Source of the DNA: Chiloscyllium plagiosum
Taxonomy: Eukaryota
Direction of reading: 5' to 3'
DNA length: 64,000 nucleotides
Assembly: GCF_004010195.1 (NCBI RefSeq)
Contig: NC_057750.1
Span: 5,006,352-5,070,351, forward strand
This document shows positions 24,046-37,577 of this stretch, in pieces. How positions within the stretch are numbered: the first letter of the stretch is position 1; each line of letters begins with the position of its first letter. The translations under genes and the position numbers were made by a program. A model generated the notes under the pieces. The model worked only from the letters and a program-made list of their open reading frames with translations. It had not been told where the DNA came from and searched no databases.

Positions 24046-24644
24046 CTGCGTGAATTGGTGAAAAGCACGGAGTTACACTACTGGACAAGGCTGTTCTCAA
24101 TAGATGCAAAAAGAGGAGAAACACCTACAATGCAAAGTAACAAAGGACAGAAGAGGTATGCTCTGGTCTTCCACAGACCCAACATCTTCCTCACAGCAGG
24201 ATTTTAAGTTTTAAATATTACCAAATTAAAAACGGTCTCAAAAGGACTACTTGTAGATGTTGCGAGGAGACATTTGCCTGAGATTTCGATAGGCGCTGTT
24301 CTCAAACTGTTAACTTTGAAGAAAATAAATTGCAGCTTCCTGCAAGGCTTCTGCAAGTGTGTCAAATGCACAGGAGTCCACAGGAACCATCACTTCTCCA
24401 CCAGGCTGAAATTTCTTTCCTTGCTTATTCAAAATAAAACAAATCACACTGCTCTAATGTTCTTCATCTTCAAAACCAGCACAGGAACTGGTATTAAAAA
24501 AAAACTTTCAGATGCTGAGTGTCTTCAATCTTATTCCAATTATACAAGGTGACATTTCCCATACCCATTGGTATTAAACCACCAACTAGATCAATAAAAG
24601 TTGCTAATCTATATACGAAGCAGCAAAAAGACAAGACAAAAGAC

Positions 24645-24947
24645 ATGATGGCTCAGTGGTCAGCACTGCTGCCTCAACACCAGGGTCCCAGGTTCGATTC
24701 CACCCTCGGGTGACTGTCTGCGTGGAGTTTGCACATTCTCCCGGTGTCTGTGGGTTTCCCCTGGGTGCTCCGGTTTCCTCCCACAATCCAAAGATGTGCA
24801 GATCAGGTGAATTAGCCATGCTAAATTGCCCAGCGTCAAGTGCATGAGTCAGAGGGAAATGGGTCTGGGTGGGTTGCTCTTCGGAGGGTCAGTGTGGACT
24901 GGTTGGGCCGAAGGGCCCGTTTCCACACTGTAGGGAATCTAATCTAA
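24645..24947 (+). mobile_element. V-SINE (HE1-like) ending ~23 nt from the NAPA exon 8 donor
   Basis: A/B boxes, body, (aatct)n tail. Confidence 0.88.
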
Positions 24948-24970
24948 TTACTCCTCTGGTGCCAACTTAC

Positions 24971-25075
24971 CTTAGCATTTAACATATCGACACAAAAGTG
25001 GCAGAGAGCAGCTTTGAAGAAGTATTCTTTGGCACTGTACTTTAAGAGTGGGCTGTCCATGGCCGTGGTGCCTAC
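24971..25075 (-). CDS. NAPA: alpha-SNAP exon 8 (105 nt) [35 protein letters not shown]
   Basis: cag acceptor, gtaag donor; MDSPLL and HFCxDML are NAPA-type rather than NAPB-type. Confidence 0.97.
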
Positions 25076-26280
25076 CTGTGGTGTAAAATGCACAAATTCA
25101 CCGTAAGAATCAAGTATCAACACGACAGACTAACAAAAACAAGGAGCAGACTGCAAACCTGCCCAGGTTTTGCTAACAACACTTCTCCAAATTACAAATA
25201 TTCTCTTGGAGAGATAGCGAGAGTGAGATTGTCGTGGACTAGTAAACCAGAACCTCAGGTTAACATTGCGGAGATGTGGATTTGAAACCCACTATGGCAG
25301 ATGGTGAAACTTAATGCAGTCAAAACCTGGAATCAAAACATCTGGCCTAATGGCAGCTGGGAGACTTCCACCTAGTGTTGTAAAACCTCCTGTGGTTCAC
25401 TAATGTCCTTTAGGAACACAAGTCTGCCATCCCTACCAAGTCTGGCCTCCATGTGACTCCAGACACAAAGCAGTGTAGTTGACTCAGAGCCCTCGGAGAT
25501 TGCTGAGCAAGTCATCCAGTTCAAGAATGGGCAACAAACGCTGACCTTGCCAGCATAGTCTATACCCCAAGGAAGAGTTTTTGAAAAAGTCAATGGATTG
25601 CAATTGGGAGGCTGCGGTGGTTGTCAGGAACTTCTCTCACAACGGACAGTATTTTTAAAAAGATGGCTCATGGGATGCAGGTGTCACTGGCTGGGCAAGT
25701 CTTTATTGCCCATCCTTAATTGCTCCTTGAGAAACCGGGGCGAGCTGCATTCTTGGAGTTGCTGCAGTCCACGTGGTGTCACAATTCTATTCAGGAGGAA
25801 GTTCCTGGGTTATGACCCAGCAACACTGAAGGAATGGGGAATGGCTTGGAGGTGAACTTGCAGGGAGTGGCGTACCGTGTATTTTCTATCCTAGTCACTT
25901 TACATGAGCAAGGTCACAGGTTTGCAAGATGCTGAGAGAGCAGCCATAGTGAAAGGCTGCATTGCACATTGCAGACAGCACACATTATACATATAGATTT
26001 GTTAGGTGTGCGGTGAGGACAGGGATTAAAAAACAAAAGAGACACAGACACTTTTAGATATGTTCAAAGGATATGGAGGTAGTGAGAGAATATGGAGTGA
26101 TCAGCCACAATCTAGAATGACGGATCGGACTCCAGGGGTTGAATGACCTAATCCGTTGATACCTTCCTACAATACAGAGCAAAAGCAATTACCTGTCAAC
26201 TAAACATGAGAGCGAGAATAATCTATTCTCCCAGTTTAAGCAGCTGGAGACATATCATCCGGATGAACCCACCCACTCAC

Positions 26281-26365
26281 CTGCTCATATATCTCGACAG
26301 CTTTGGGATACTGTTCAAGCTGCGCAGCATACGTAGCAACTTTCAGTAAGCACTTGTTTGCAGAA
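26281..26365 (-). CDS. NAPA: alpha-SNAP exon 7 (85 nt) [29 protein letters not shown]
   Basis: cag acceptor, gtgag donor. Confidence 0.97.
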
Positions 26366-27470
26366 CTGCAGAGCAAAAGATAACAGGCTAAATATCTCCA
26401 GATGACAAATATAAAATGAAAGCCAAGCCCAAACTCCGTGTATTCACACGTACTGCACTCAACTTTTGGTCATTCTGTCAACATTTAACACTGAACCCTG
26501 AATGTATAAGCTTCCATCGCAATATGGGGACAAGATAGCCAAAAGCAAAATAACTTTGTGCAAGTCCATTCCATCAGCTCACTGCTTCAGCATAGTAAGT
26601 GATAACTAAAATGAACACAACTAGGATAAAATTGGGTGGGAGACCACAGCAACATGAAAACCAACTGCTTGAGGCACAAGTCATTATCCTTTAATGGGAC
26701 ATGGGTGTTACAAGGTCAACGTTTATTCCCCACACCCAAATGGCACTAAATGGCTTCCTCAGAACATAATTGGGCAGTTATGAGTCAACCACATTTGTTA
26801 TGGATCCTGTCACACACAGGCCTGGGTAAAGATGACAGTTTTCAACCCTGAAGGAACTTAGCGAATTAGGGTTTTCCACAGAACAGGAACAGGCCCTCTG
26901 CTCCATGATGTTATACCAAAAAGGACACTAAAACAAAACAAATCCATTCTGCCTGCCCTTGGTCCATATCCCTGTATATTAGTGTGCTTACCTAAAAGCA
27001 CTTTAAATGCCTCGGTCATAGCTGCCTCTACCACCACTCCTGGCATCATCTTCCAGACACCTAGCACACTTAAACTTGCCCATCACATCATCTTTGAACT
27101 TTCCCTCTCACCATAAACGCACGCACCCAGTATCAGACATTTCAACTTTTGGGGGAAAAAAAAAGATTCTACTGTCAAGCTTATCTATGAATCTCAATTT
27201 TACGGACTTCTATCTAGTCTCCTTCAGTCTGTGCTGCTCCAGAGAAAACAACCCTAGTTTATTCACAAATCAATGGATTGTTTCTTGGTCACTCATACTG
27301 AGACCAGCTTTTATTTGCAGAGTTCTTTTTTGGTTGAATCTCATTTCCACCAGCTCTATAGGCCATCAGTCGAGTCCTCTGGATAACTAGTCCAGTCATG
27401 TTACCAGCTTGACACGGTCAACCCCAACTTCTTTGCAAGCTCACCCATTCGTAATATAAATGTTGCTCAC

Positions 27471-27526
27471 CTGTTAGACTCTTCACCTTTGTAATAATCA
27501 GCTGCTTGTTCATAATGTGCAATTGC
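27471..27526 (-). CDS. NAPA: alpha-SNAP exon 6 (56 nt) AIAHYEQAADYYKGEESN
   Basis: cag acceptor, gtgag donor. Confidence 0.97.
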
Positions 27527-28374
27527 CTGCAAAGGTAAAAATTCAACTATTTTCACTGAAGCAACCAAATAGTAGTCTCAGTTCACAGACCACAGAGTGA
27601 AACTTTGCAGTTAAAAAGTTGCACACTTTTGAAACAATAAATGTTTCTCCTATTTTTTTGAATCTGAAACATACTTTTTAAAAAGTCATGAGATTTGGAT
27701 TTTCCTGTGCAGGCCATTTCAATTATCCTGCTGACTCAGTCAATTTCACATGGCAACTTATTATTCGATGACAATGCAGTCAGTGATTTGTTAATAATTC
27801 CTTTCATTTCCTCCCACTTCCAGCCCTACAACCTACTGAGATTTGTATTCTTTCAATTCTGGTCTCTTGACCATCTCAGATCATGAACTGCACCAGGGGC
27901 ATTTGTCTTTAGCTTCCTAAAATCAGGAATTTCCTCCAGAACACACACCCATGCATCAGCTTTAAGGATTATTAATTAATTGGTTTTCTGTCATAATCTT
28001 TGTAGTTCAGTGTTAAAGTTTGTTTGGCGATAGGGCATGTTTTACTAAAGGCTCTGTATAAATTCAAGCTGTTCTAATCAGCTGCTGTGCAAGAACATAC
28101 AGGCAAGTCCATCAGTATCAGGGAGGTTAATTGTCTGCTCCCATGAAGAATGCCTCAGTTTTTCTATACACTTATCTGTACTTAACACACTAAGGGACCT
28201 TCCTGACCTACATCTCAGTAACGAGCACCAATCACCCAGCAACCATCTGTCCTCAAGTATTCAAACAGAAAAGGGACGTGGCAATTTAGTTTGACACTTA
28301 AAACTATTACAAATATTCAACAGAATATTCAGCACAAATTCAACAGGACTCCTCAGGGCTGGTCAGATACCTAC

Positions 28375-28452
28375 CTTCTCGATATCCACCAACTCACTCT
28401 CGTAAATCTCTGCTATTGATATGTGATGCTTCGCTGCAATTGTAAACCGACC
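28375..28452 (-). CDS. NAPA: alpha-SNAP exon 5 (78 nt) GRFTIAAKHHISIAEIYESELVDIEK
   Basis: tag acceptor, gtag donor, near identity to alpha-SNAP. Confidence 0.97.
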
Positions 28453-28712
28453 CTAAACATAAAACATTAGTATCAAATAAACTAGCATTTTGGAAAACTA
28501 TTCCTCATAACAAGGAGGATGAGATGCAACAGCAATATCTTCCAAGATGAATTGTTTGGTCAACGTCAGATCTGGACATTTTCTTGATAATACTTTTTTT
28601 TCTAAAAAGAATTGAGGAAGGGTAACCAGACCCAAAATGTTAATTGATTTCTCCTCAGATGCTGCCAGACCTGCCAAGATTTTCCAGCAACTTCTGTTAT
28701 AGAAAGGTTAAA

Positions 28713-28995
28713 TGGCCATCTTAACTTGGGCTTTTGTGTAGCAATGACAGTTTGATCTAGCGTACTTGACGTCCTCGAAGGAATGAATTTTGAATAAATT
28801 AGTGCGTAATACCCAATGCGCAGAGAGGTTGGGAGCTAATCTTTTGTTGTGCTGAGCTGTTTTATTTATTACTTTACGGATTGTCGTCTTATTTTGCATG
28901 AGTATAGTTGTGTTTTTTGTTATATACAGTAATATTTTCCATTGGCTTGGTGTTGTAATTTTATAAAAATTCTTTCAATAAAAATCTCTTAAAAA
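28713..28995 (+). mobile_element. Short polyadenylated retro-insertion (L1-type 3' end) with 12-bp target-site duplication
   Basis: agaaaggttaaa at 28701-28712 and 28996-29007; AATAAA and A-run at the 3' end. Confidence 0.65.
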
Positions 28996-29854
28996 AGAAA
29001 GGTTAAAGGAGTTGGCAGAGATTGGCAAATGGAGTACAAGAGAATGTGAAAGTATTCATTTTGGCAGAAAGAATAGAACATTAAAGAGTAAGAGACTGCA
29101 GAGCTCTTAAGGGATTTGGTGAGAGGCAGATGCTGTACAATCTGGATAAATAGGAGGTTACCACTTTGGTAGCAAAAATATAAAGACAGATCATCTGAAT
29201 GGCTCTAAGTTGAGAGGGGGAAATGTTCAGAGTGACCTGGGCATTCTGGTACACCAGTCACTAAGTAACCGTGCAGGTGTAGCAGGCAGTAAAAAAGGCA
29301 AACTGTATGTTAACGAAAACATTCGAGTCCAGGTACAACGATGTCTTGCTGCCGTTATACAGGATGTTGATGAGGCACACCTGGAACAGTGTGCACAGTT
29401 TTGGTCTCCTTATCTGAGGAAGGATGTTCTTGCTATAGAGGGAGTAGAGTGACTGATGGTGGTCAGAGTCCAGATCATAGCTCAAGTATTGGAATAAACA
29501 TTTTGGGGCAGAGGAGAAGAATTTTTTTTCCACCCAGTGAGGAGCCTGTAGAATTCTACCACAGAAAGTGGTTGAGGCCAAAACATTGTTTTCTGGAAGC
29601 AGCTAAAGGGATCATGAGATTTTGGGGGGGGGGGGGGGGGAGAGAAGAGAGAGAGAGAGGGTGGATGAAATTAGGGTATTGAGCTCAATAATCAGCCATG
29701 ATGGATGAATAGTGGTGCAGGCTCAAGGGACTGAACAGCCTACCCCTCCTCTATGTTTCTATGCCAGAGTAGATGCATTAGCATTCAGGTACATCATGTG
29801 ATTAGAAAACTAATCGAATGTAGCCCTTCGCAGTAAGGGTAGCAAACATGGGAG

Positions 29855-30784
29855 GTTATATAAATGATTTGGATGTGAACATGAGGTATAGTTAGTAAGT
29901 TTGCAGATGACACCAAAATTGGAGGTGCAGTAGACAGCAAAAAAGGTTACCTCAGATTACAACGGGATCTTGATCAGATGGGCCAATGGGCTGAGAAGTG
30001 GCAGATGGAGTTTAATTTAGATAAATACGAGGTGCTGCATTTTGGGAAAGCAAATCTTAGCAGGACTTATACATTTAGGGTCCGAGGGAGTGCTGCTGAA
30101 CAAAGAGACGGAGTGCAGGTTCATAGCTCCCTGAAAATTGAGTCGCAAGTAGATAGGATAGTGAAGGTGGTGTTTGGTTTGCTTTCCTTCGTTGATCAGA
30201 GTATTGAGTACAGGAGTTGGGAGGTCATGTTGCAGCTGTACAGGACATTGGTTAGGCCACTGTTGGAATATTGTGTGCAATTCTGGTCTCCTTCTTATTC
30301 GAAAGGTGTTGTGAAACTTGAAAGGGTTCAGAAAAGATTGACAAGGATGTTGCCAGGGTTGGAGAATTTGGGCTGTAGGGAGAGGTTTAATAGGCTGGGG
30401 CTGTCTTCTCTGGAGCAGAGGGAGAGGGTGACGTTAGAGGTTTACAAAATCATGAGGGGCATGGATGGCATAAATAGACAGAGTCTCTTCCCCGGGGTGG
30501 GGGAGTCCGGAACTAGAGGGCATAGGTTTACGGTGAGGGGAAAGATATAAAAGAGACCTTAGGGGCAACCTTTTCACACAGAGGGTGGTGCATGTATGGA
30601 ATGAGCTGCCAGAGGAAGTGGTGGAGGCTGGTACAATTGCAACATTTAAAAGGCATCTGGATGGGTATATGAACAGGAAGGGTTTGGAAGGATATGGGCC
30701 AGGTGCTGGCAGGTGGGACTACATTGGGTTGGGATATCTGGACTGAAGGGTCTGTTTCCGTGTTATACACCTCTAGGACTCTGA
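29855..30784 (+). mobile_element. CR1 LINE 3' ~0.9 kb
   Basis: SKFADDTK, WAEKWQMEFN, LYRTLVRPLLEYCVQFWSP motifs and CR1 tail. Confidence 0.93.
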
Positions 30785-31809
30785 CATTGATAAGATCATA
30801 TCTAGACCGACACTCTGCACCATGTTCAAGTCATTTAACCAAGGGTGAACTGCGTTGGAAGCAGGTTTACTGATGTAATACCTGGAATGGCCAGGTCACC
30901 TTATGAGGAAGGCAGGCTGGGCTTTCATTCACTTGGGCTTAGAAGAGTAAGACCCGACTTGGTTAAATCAAGGTCAGAGGGGTCTTAACAAGGTGGATAT
31001 GGAGAGCATCATTCCTCATTTGGGAAAATCCAGAACCTAGGGGCTCTTTAAAAATAAGGGATCACCTCTTTAAGAGACATTTTCTGAGGGTCATGTATCT
31101 TTGAAATGCTTTTCTTCAAAACAGTGGTGAGAGAAGTGTCTTTGAATATCTAATACAGGAACAGGAGGCGGCCATCCAGCTTGTGCCTATTCCAGCATTC
31201 AATGGGATCATGGCTTATCTGTGGCCTCCATATACGTGCGTCTGGTGTAAAGCTTTAATACCTTTGCTTAACAAAATCTGATCAATTTCAGATTTAAAAA
31301 TCAACTGATCCAGCATCTACTGCCCTTTCTGGAAGAGTTCCAAACCTCTACTACCCTGTACATGCAGGAGGCAGAGGTGGATAGATTCTTGCTAAGCAAT
31401 GGGGTGAAAGGTCACCAGGGTTGATAGGGACCTCTCCAGATCAGCCATGATCACATTGAATTACAGAGCAGGCTCAAAGGATTGTGTAATCTACTCCCAC
31501 TCCTAATTCATTCACATATTAGAATAACTAGAAGCTGCTAGAATCGCCATTGCAGAATTTGTTTATGGTCCTGGCTCTGTAATAAGTTGTAATTTTAGAC
31601 AGTGAAAGTTTAAGGAAAAAAAAAATTTCAGTGAACCTCAAAGGAGTTTGCTGGTTGATTACAAGAATACCTGCCTGTTGGACAGGTGTCTCACTATAGC
31701 CAAAAAAAACTAATCCCTAAACTAACGGCTTGATAATGTTCAGACCAGGTCTCTGTTCTAACGGTTCATCTAAATGAAATCAGAAGCTTATTCAACGGTC
31801 AGTCTACAA

Positions 31810-32124
31810 CAGAGGTGGGGAACCTTTTCATGTTGGAAGGCCGCATTATGTTAGTTGTAATCTAATAAGGCCGCATCCAAGAAACTTCAATTATATTTTC
31901 TTCAAAACTTCACATATTTAAAAAAATTGTGGCAGTCAGTCTGTGAGGATTATTTTGTTGAATTTTCTTTTACTCTCTGGTATTTTAAATACATTCATTT
32001 TAAGATTAAAATAAAGATAAAGGACGAAAAACACATTAATAAAAAAGATTTGTTCTGCAAAATTTGGATTCATTCAAAAGGCCACACACAATGGCCTAGG
32101 CGGCCACAGGTTTCCCCAGCCCTG
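31810..32124. mobile_element. Non-autonomous hAT (Charlie-type) element, 315 bp
   Basis: TIRs cagaggtggggaacct / aggtttccccagccctg; perfect 8-bp TSD gtctacaa at 31802-31809 and 32125-32132. Confidence 0.9.
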
Positions 32125-32161
32125 GTCTACAACATTACAAATAGTGGAATTGACATCTTAC

Positions 32162-32208
32162 CATATCTGTATAAATTTCTATAGCTCTGTTCAAACAATT
32201 AATGGCCT
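32162..32208 (-). CDS. NAPA: alpha-SNAP exon 4 (47 nt) EAINCLNRAIEIYTDM
   Basis: cag acceptor, gtaag donor, in frame. Confidence 0.96.
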
Positions 32209-32427
32209 CTGGAAGGGAAAAAGAAACCACAAAATAAAAATTAGGTTCAAAGCAAGTTTAAACGACAGTTGCAGCTTCTCCCTCCCTGCGATTTTGTTAC
32301 TCATTCAGCCACAGACAACTGGTAAAACATTTACGTTGGGCTGATAGAAATTGCTTGCTTGACAGTTTTAGTAATGTCAAATGATTATGTCAGTTTCTTC
32401 TCAACCTCTCCAACATTAACTGGATAG

Positions 32428-33039
32428 TGTCACTAAGCTGGTCCCTTTTCTTCTGAAAGCTGTTCCTTCATTTTCTTAAGGAAAGATGTTCTTATTTTTT
32501 TTCCCCCCAAAGAGGGTTTTCAAATATGCTGGGCTCCAAATCAACTAGTTTGGTATAGAGATGAAAGGGTTTACTGAGAGGCCTTTTGTTTATATGTAAG
32601 CAGTGCGAATTTAGGCCAAAGCGTTTATGTTTTAGAAGTAACCTGTATAATGAAAGGGGAGTGGTCAGTCCTGAAAGCCGAAGTCTTGTTTAAGGCAATT
32701 CAGCAGTGAGCTTTGTGGAAGCTAGACTCTCCCTTTCTGCCCTAACTTCGACCTGTAAGCCTCTTTCATTTTTCCTTAAGGGGGTTTGTTTATTGGAACT
32801 GTTGCGCACATTCGGAACAGCATAATCAATCTGGCCTGAGTTCTGTAGGGGTTCTTTACTGTTCTTTGTGTGTTTCATTCTATAATTTTATGAATAAATG
32901 TTTGTCTGTTTTAAAATCTAGTAGTCAACCTAGCTAACTTACTCCGGGTAATTTTCACTGTACACACTGAAGCAAATAGCAAAGTTATGGTCTGGGCTGC
33001 CTGCTTAATGTTCTGAGTGGTCTAGCCTAGTCCATAACA
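32428..33039 (+). mobile_element. Probable solo LTR
   Basis: TG...CA ends (tgtcac...tccataaca), near-TSD atag/gtag, internal AATAAA; 3' end shared with 37578-38186. Confidence 0.55.
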
Positions 33040-33954
33040 GTAGCATGAGAGATGTAAGGTTACTGCCCTTTCTGATGTAAGGGCTTGTTGCTTATCCCTT
33101 TGAATTTTGGCAACAAACACAAATTTTCCTTTAATTGAGCAGAGAGATGGAGGAACATACACCCAGATTGCAGTTGTGACAAGACAGTTGAATTTCCAAC
33201 CAGAGTGGTGCACCAGCGTCCCTTCCCTCTTTTGATTGCGCAAAAAGGGCTAAAAATGTTAAACACAACAGCAATATCAATTTTATTTTGCTCTTTTGAT
33301 TGTTCAGGAACAGTGTCCTGCTGCCAGTCCTGTACAGTCTCGGAGGGGTCTGGATTTTCCAAAGGCCAGTCATTACTGCACTGTAGGTAGGAACTGTACA
33401 CAGGGACCTTGTAGAGACCCCACTGTAGCAGACTCCAAAGAAATTCCCTCAGAAATTGAAAATTCCACTTCAGTTTCTCTATACCTGGAAACCACGCAAA
33501 TCTCATTTAAAACTAGGATTTGTATTTTAACCTTCCAAATCAAGTAAAATAGTTACACAGAAAAAAGTTACACGGTAAAAACATGGCCTAATGTCTGAGT
33601 AATTACTCAGCTTACCCCATACTTATTCCTCGCACTAATTACAATTCCCCCAGACCCTCTACACTACAAGACCATGAGAAGCTTATCCACCCCAAACTAA
33701 TAACCTTTTCGACCAATCCTCTCACTCCACCTCTCAGCCGTACTATCCCTATCCCAAACCCCAGCAACCTGATCGATGATTTCTGACAGTATAAGAGAGA
33801 TCATTTAGGACCGAGCTGAGGAAATTCTTCAGAAGATGGTGAATCTTTGAAGTTCTCTACCTCAGGTAGCTGTGGAAGCTTAGTCAGTAGTTTCAAGAAA
33901 AAAAATTCTAGTTTTTAGTGTCTAGAAATCTATCAAGCATTAAGGGAATTATAT

Positions 33955-34262
33955 AAATCCTCGCAGTGTGGAAACGGGCCATTTGGCCCAACAAGTCCAC
34001 ACCAAGCCTCTGAACAGTATCCCACCCAGACCCAATCCTCTACCCTATGACTTTACATTTCCCCTGACTAATGCACCTAACCTACACATCCCTAAACATT
34101 ATACGGCAATTTTACCATGGTCAATTCACCTAACCTGCACACTTTTGGATTGTGGGAGAAAACCAGAGCATTCGGAGGAAAACCACACAGACATGGGGAG
34201 AATATACAAACAGACTGTCAGAGGGTGGAGTCAAACCCAGGTTCCTGGCACTGTGAGGCACC
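33955..34262 (-). mobile_element. V-SINE (HE1-like)
   Basis: Reverse-complement body and B-box. Confidence 0.8.
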
Positions 34263-34904
34263 GAGTGTGGGGAAAGAATGCTGAGGTTGACTATCAGCCA
34301 CAATCCAGTTAAGGGTGCAACAAGCAATGGACTACTCCTGTTCCGATTTCCTAACATTGATTGCCAACTTCCCAATAGACAGCATGAGGCCTTCAGCACT
34401 ATGCTTGTATGACGACAAATGACAGTCACTACTGCTGTTCGGTTTACATAGCCTCCAGGATCAGGTACCTCTGCAACCTGACATTTAAATGAGGGGAGGA
34501 GACTGCTGCACTGCTACAGAAACAGGAAGAATTTCTCTCTTAAAGCCAGCATGTACTGTCTGAATGCGAGTAAGCTAGTAAAGTCCTCATTTATCTGACC
34601 CTGTACAATAAGTCATCTACAGCTAGTTAGGTGGGATGCTCATTTTAACCACCCTGCTACTGTTGACGCTCTGAACAAACAGCTAAAATTACAGAATAAT
34701 TACTTTTCTTAAATAAAGTACAAGAGAAGCAGGGTGGCTGGATTGCACATCAGGTAGAAAGGAACATAATAGCGTTGAGATCCAGCCTACAATCAAAATG
34801 TGACTTAAAATGCAATTTTAAGTGATGAATGTTTAGGCTTTAATTTGCATGCTCTTGGCTTTGCAAGCATGGTCACTTTGTAACAGGAGGCTGAGCGTAT
34901 TTAC

Positions 34905-35021
34905 CTTGGGGGTCAGCTTTCTTGAAGGCATTTCCTGCATCCACAAAGTTGGTAGCCGCATCATGTTTGCTCTGCAAGTGGAGATGAAGTTTAGCAGCTT
35001 CACAGAAAGCATTGCCTGCAG
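34905..35021 (-). CDS. NAPA: alpha-SNAP exon 3 (117 nt) [39 protein letters not shown]
   Basis: AG/GT boundaries; DAAT and GNAFKK are NAPA-type residues. Confidence 0.97.
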
Positions 35022-36695
35022 CTAAAGAGAGAAACATACGCGCATTAGGAAGGGTCAATACCAGTCTACCCTGGCTACAGAGAAATAGCAAAGTGCAGTG
35101 ATCACGCACACTCTTCAGTTTTCAAAGAGGGGACTGCAAATAATCCTTAAGTAACAGAAAAAGCTTGTATATGTATCAAACAGACTTGTATAAGCCTCCT
35201 TCATTTCTTTGTCACTCCTGCTTTTTTTTTTAGATCACTATGGCGATAAGCCCTGATACTCAGGTTTTAAGCTGAATCCATGCAAAGGCAAATAAAAATC
35301 CAGCTGCAGGAGTGTAGCAGCCAGATCTATACGTAGACAGGGTAAGAAACCCACATGCTGCCATTGCTGTCCACATTTAAAAAGTTTGGTTCTCAGTTAT
35401 ATACTGACCAGAAAAGTGCAGGAAATAAAAAAAGTGCTATACAACTGAATTGATCAAGCAATTTTATCTGTGCTAAAACCAAAATGGGAACATCCAAGCT
35501 TACTTTATCTTTTAAAAGATTACATGGCCATAGATTGTGAGGGGTTGCTCTTTATTCAGAGTTGAGCAGACAGTTCTGCTCAGCATCTAAAACATCATTT
35601 CTTGTGCCTTGAGGGCTAGGTTACCAGAGTTTACGAATAACGCCTGTGTTTCTATTTGCTAGTTGTGCTCTTTCTACAAATCAAGTGAACTCTGGGCTAA
35701 GAGGCCCCAATACTGACTGCTTATTAAACAGAAATACCCAGCTGTGCTGGCAGGTACTTGCAGCTGACTCAGTCAGAATTTAGCAAAAATCACATCCTCT
35801 CTGAGGTGAAAGATCACAAAAGACAGCTCTTCCCATGAGCTTCACCCATGCTTAAGGCTCCAGCCCTTCTATTGTTTCATGGGATGTGGTTGTCATTAGT
35901 TACCCATCCCTGCTTGCCTTTGAAGTGAGTGGTTTGCTCAACTATTTCAGATGGTGGTTAAGAGTCAACCATACTGCTGTGGGTCTGGAGCCATACGTAG
36001 ACCAGATCAGGTTAGGATGGCAGATTTCTTTCTCCAAAACAGGAGATTAGAATTAGTTTTATTGTCATATGTACTCAAATGAGTACAGTGAAAAGTTTAT
36101 AAAGCACCACTTTCAGTATAAAGATAGCTAGGTCCAGCTTCTTTAGTTACAAGAGCTTAGAAAGAGAAATAAAAAAAAAAGTCCAGCATTGCAGAGACAG
36201 GTTTTTACAATAAGACAATTGCTTCATGGTCAACACCACTGAAACTAGATTTTAGGAGTTGAATTTAAATAGTTGTCACGGTGAGATGTGAACACCCTTG
36301 CCCCCAGCCTAGGCCTCTGGATTATCAAATTACCAATCCCGTGCCATTAGCACACTCTTACCTCCATCCCACACACAACAAAATGGCAAAATACCAACTA
36401 ATGTTTAGGGTTTGCCAGCTCAACACCTTCCTTCCCGGGCCAAGACGGTTATAGGATATAGAGCATATCATTTGACATTTCTCTCCACTTAAAACTCAGT
36501 AATGGATTTAATATTTTCTGAGGATAAGTAAAATTGACCTGCACTTGTTTCAGTGGGCTCCCTGCTCCCAATACAGCAGATAATTAACTTTGTGACAAAG
36601 TGGGTTGTCAAGTATAATTTAAGGAAAACCAAGCAACATTACACACTGGCCAGTCACAATGCAGCCCAAGTGAGACATTTGGTAACTATACTTAC

Positions 36696-36775
36696 CACTC
36701 CAATTCTTGGCCATCTTAAACATGTTAGCAGCCCTGGCGTACATTTCACATGCTTCTTCTAACCTAGAAGACCCC
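36696..36775 (-). CDS. NAPA: alpha-SNAP exon 2 (80 nt) [26 protein letters not shown]
   Basis: ttcag acceptor, gtaag donor, phase compatible with exons 1 and 3. Confidence 0.97.
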
Positions 36776-37577
36776 CTGAACAGAAAGTAAGAAGGATGTT
36801 AAAATCAGGACAGGGACAATGTGACAATGCCTAAGTTTCTTTCCCAGTCTCCAGCCCACAACAAAGAACCACCTGAAATTGCCACTGGATTGGAAACTTC
36901 AAGACATTTAGGATGAGACACTAAAAAGTGTTGCACAAATGCAGCAGGGAGCTGTAGTAGCCTCAAATCCGTGGCAGCAGCTACACCGAAAGCTTCAAGC
37001 TCAAATCCTAACCTGGAGACTACTGTATACAGTAATCCAGCTGACACTAACAATGCTGCCTTAGATGTTAACCCAGCTTTTCCTCCTCAGGATGGAGGCA
37101 AAAGATTGTCAGAACTGGAGGACCCTTGGAGTCCTCCCCAGTGTCTTGGCCAATATTTATCCTTCAATATCACAATATCCTTTAATATCGGAGGTATTAT
37201 TCACTGCTGTTTGTGGCATCTTGTGTGCAATTTACATCCTACATTGCAACAGTCACCACACTTCAGAGTATTTCGTTGGCTGTGAAGTGCCTTGGAACTT
37301 TAAGATTACAAGAGACAAATGAAAGTCTTTTCATTCTTGAAATTTTGGTCTGAGGGAATGCATTCAGATAACTCTGTATCAAATAACATATATAATCTGG
37401 GGGAACCTGGAATGGAATAAAAAGCTACCAAAATAGAAAACATCACCAAGTCATTTTATCCAGGATCTTGGAAGATATTTAGAAAGGCCTCCTAACTCCA
37501 GTTTCATAAACACTTGGCACAGACTTGATTACAACTGAAGTCCCACCCTCCCTTGTGATAACACCATGTGTTTATTT

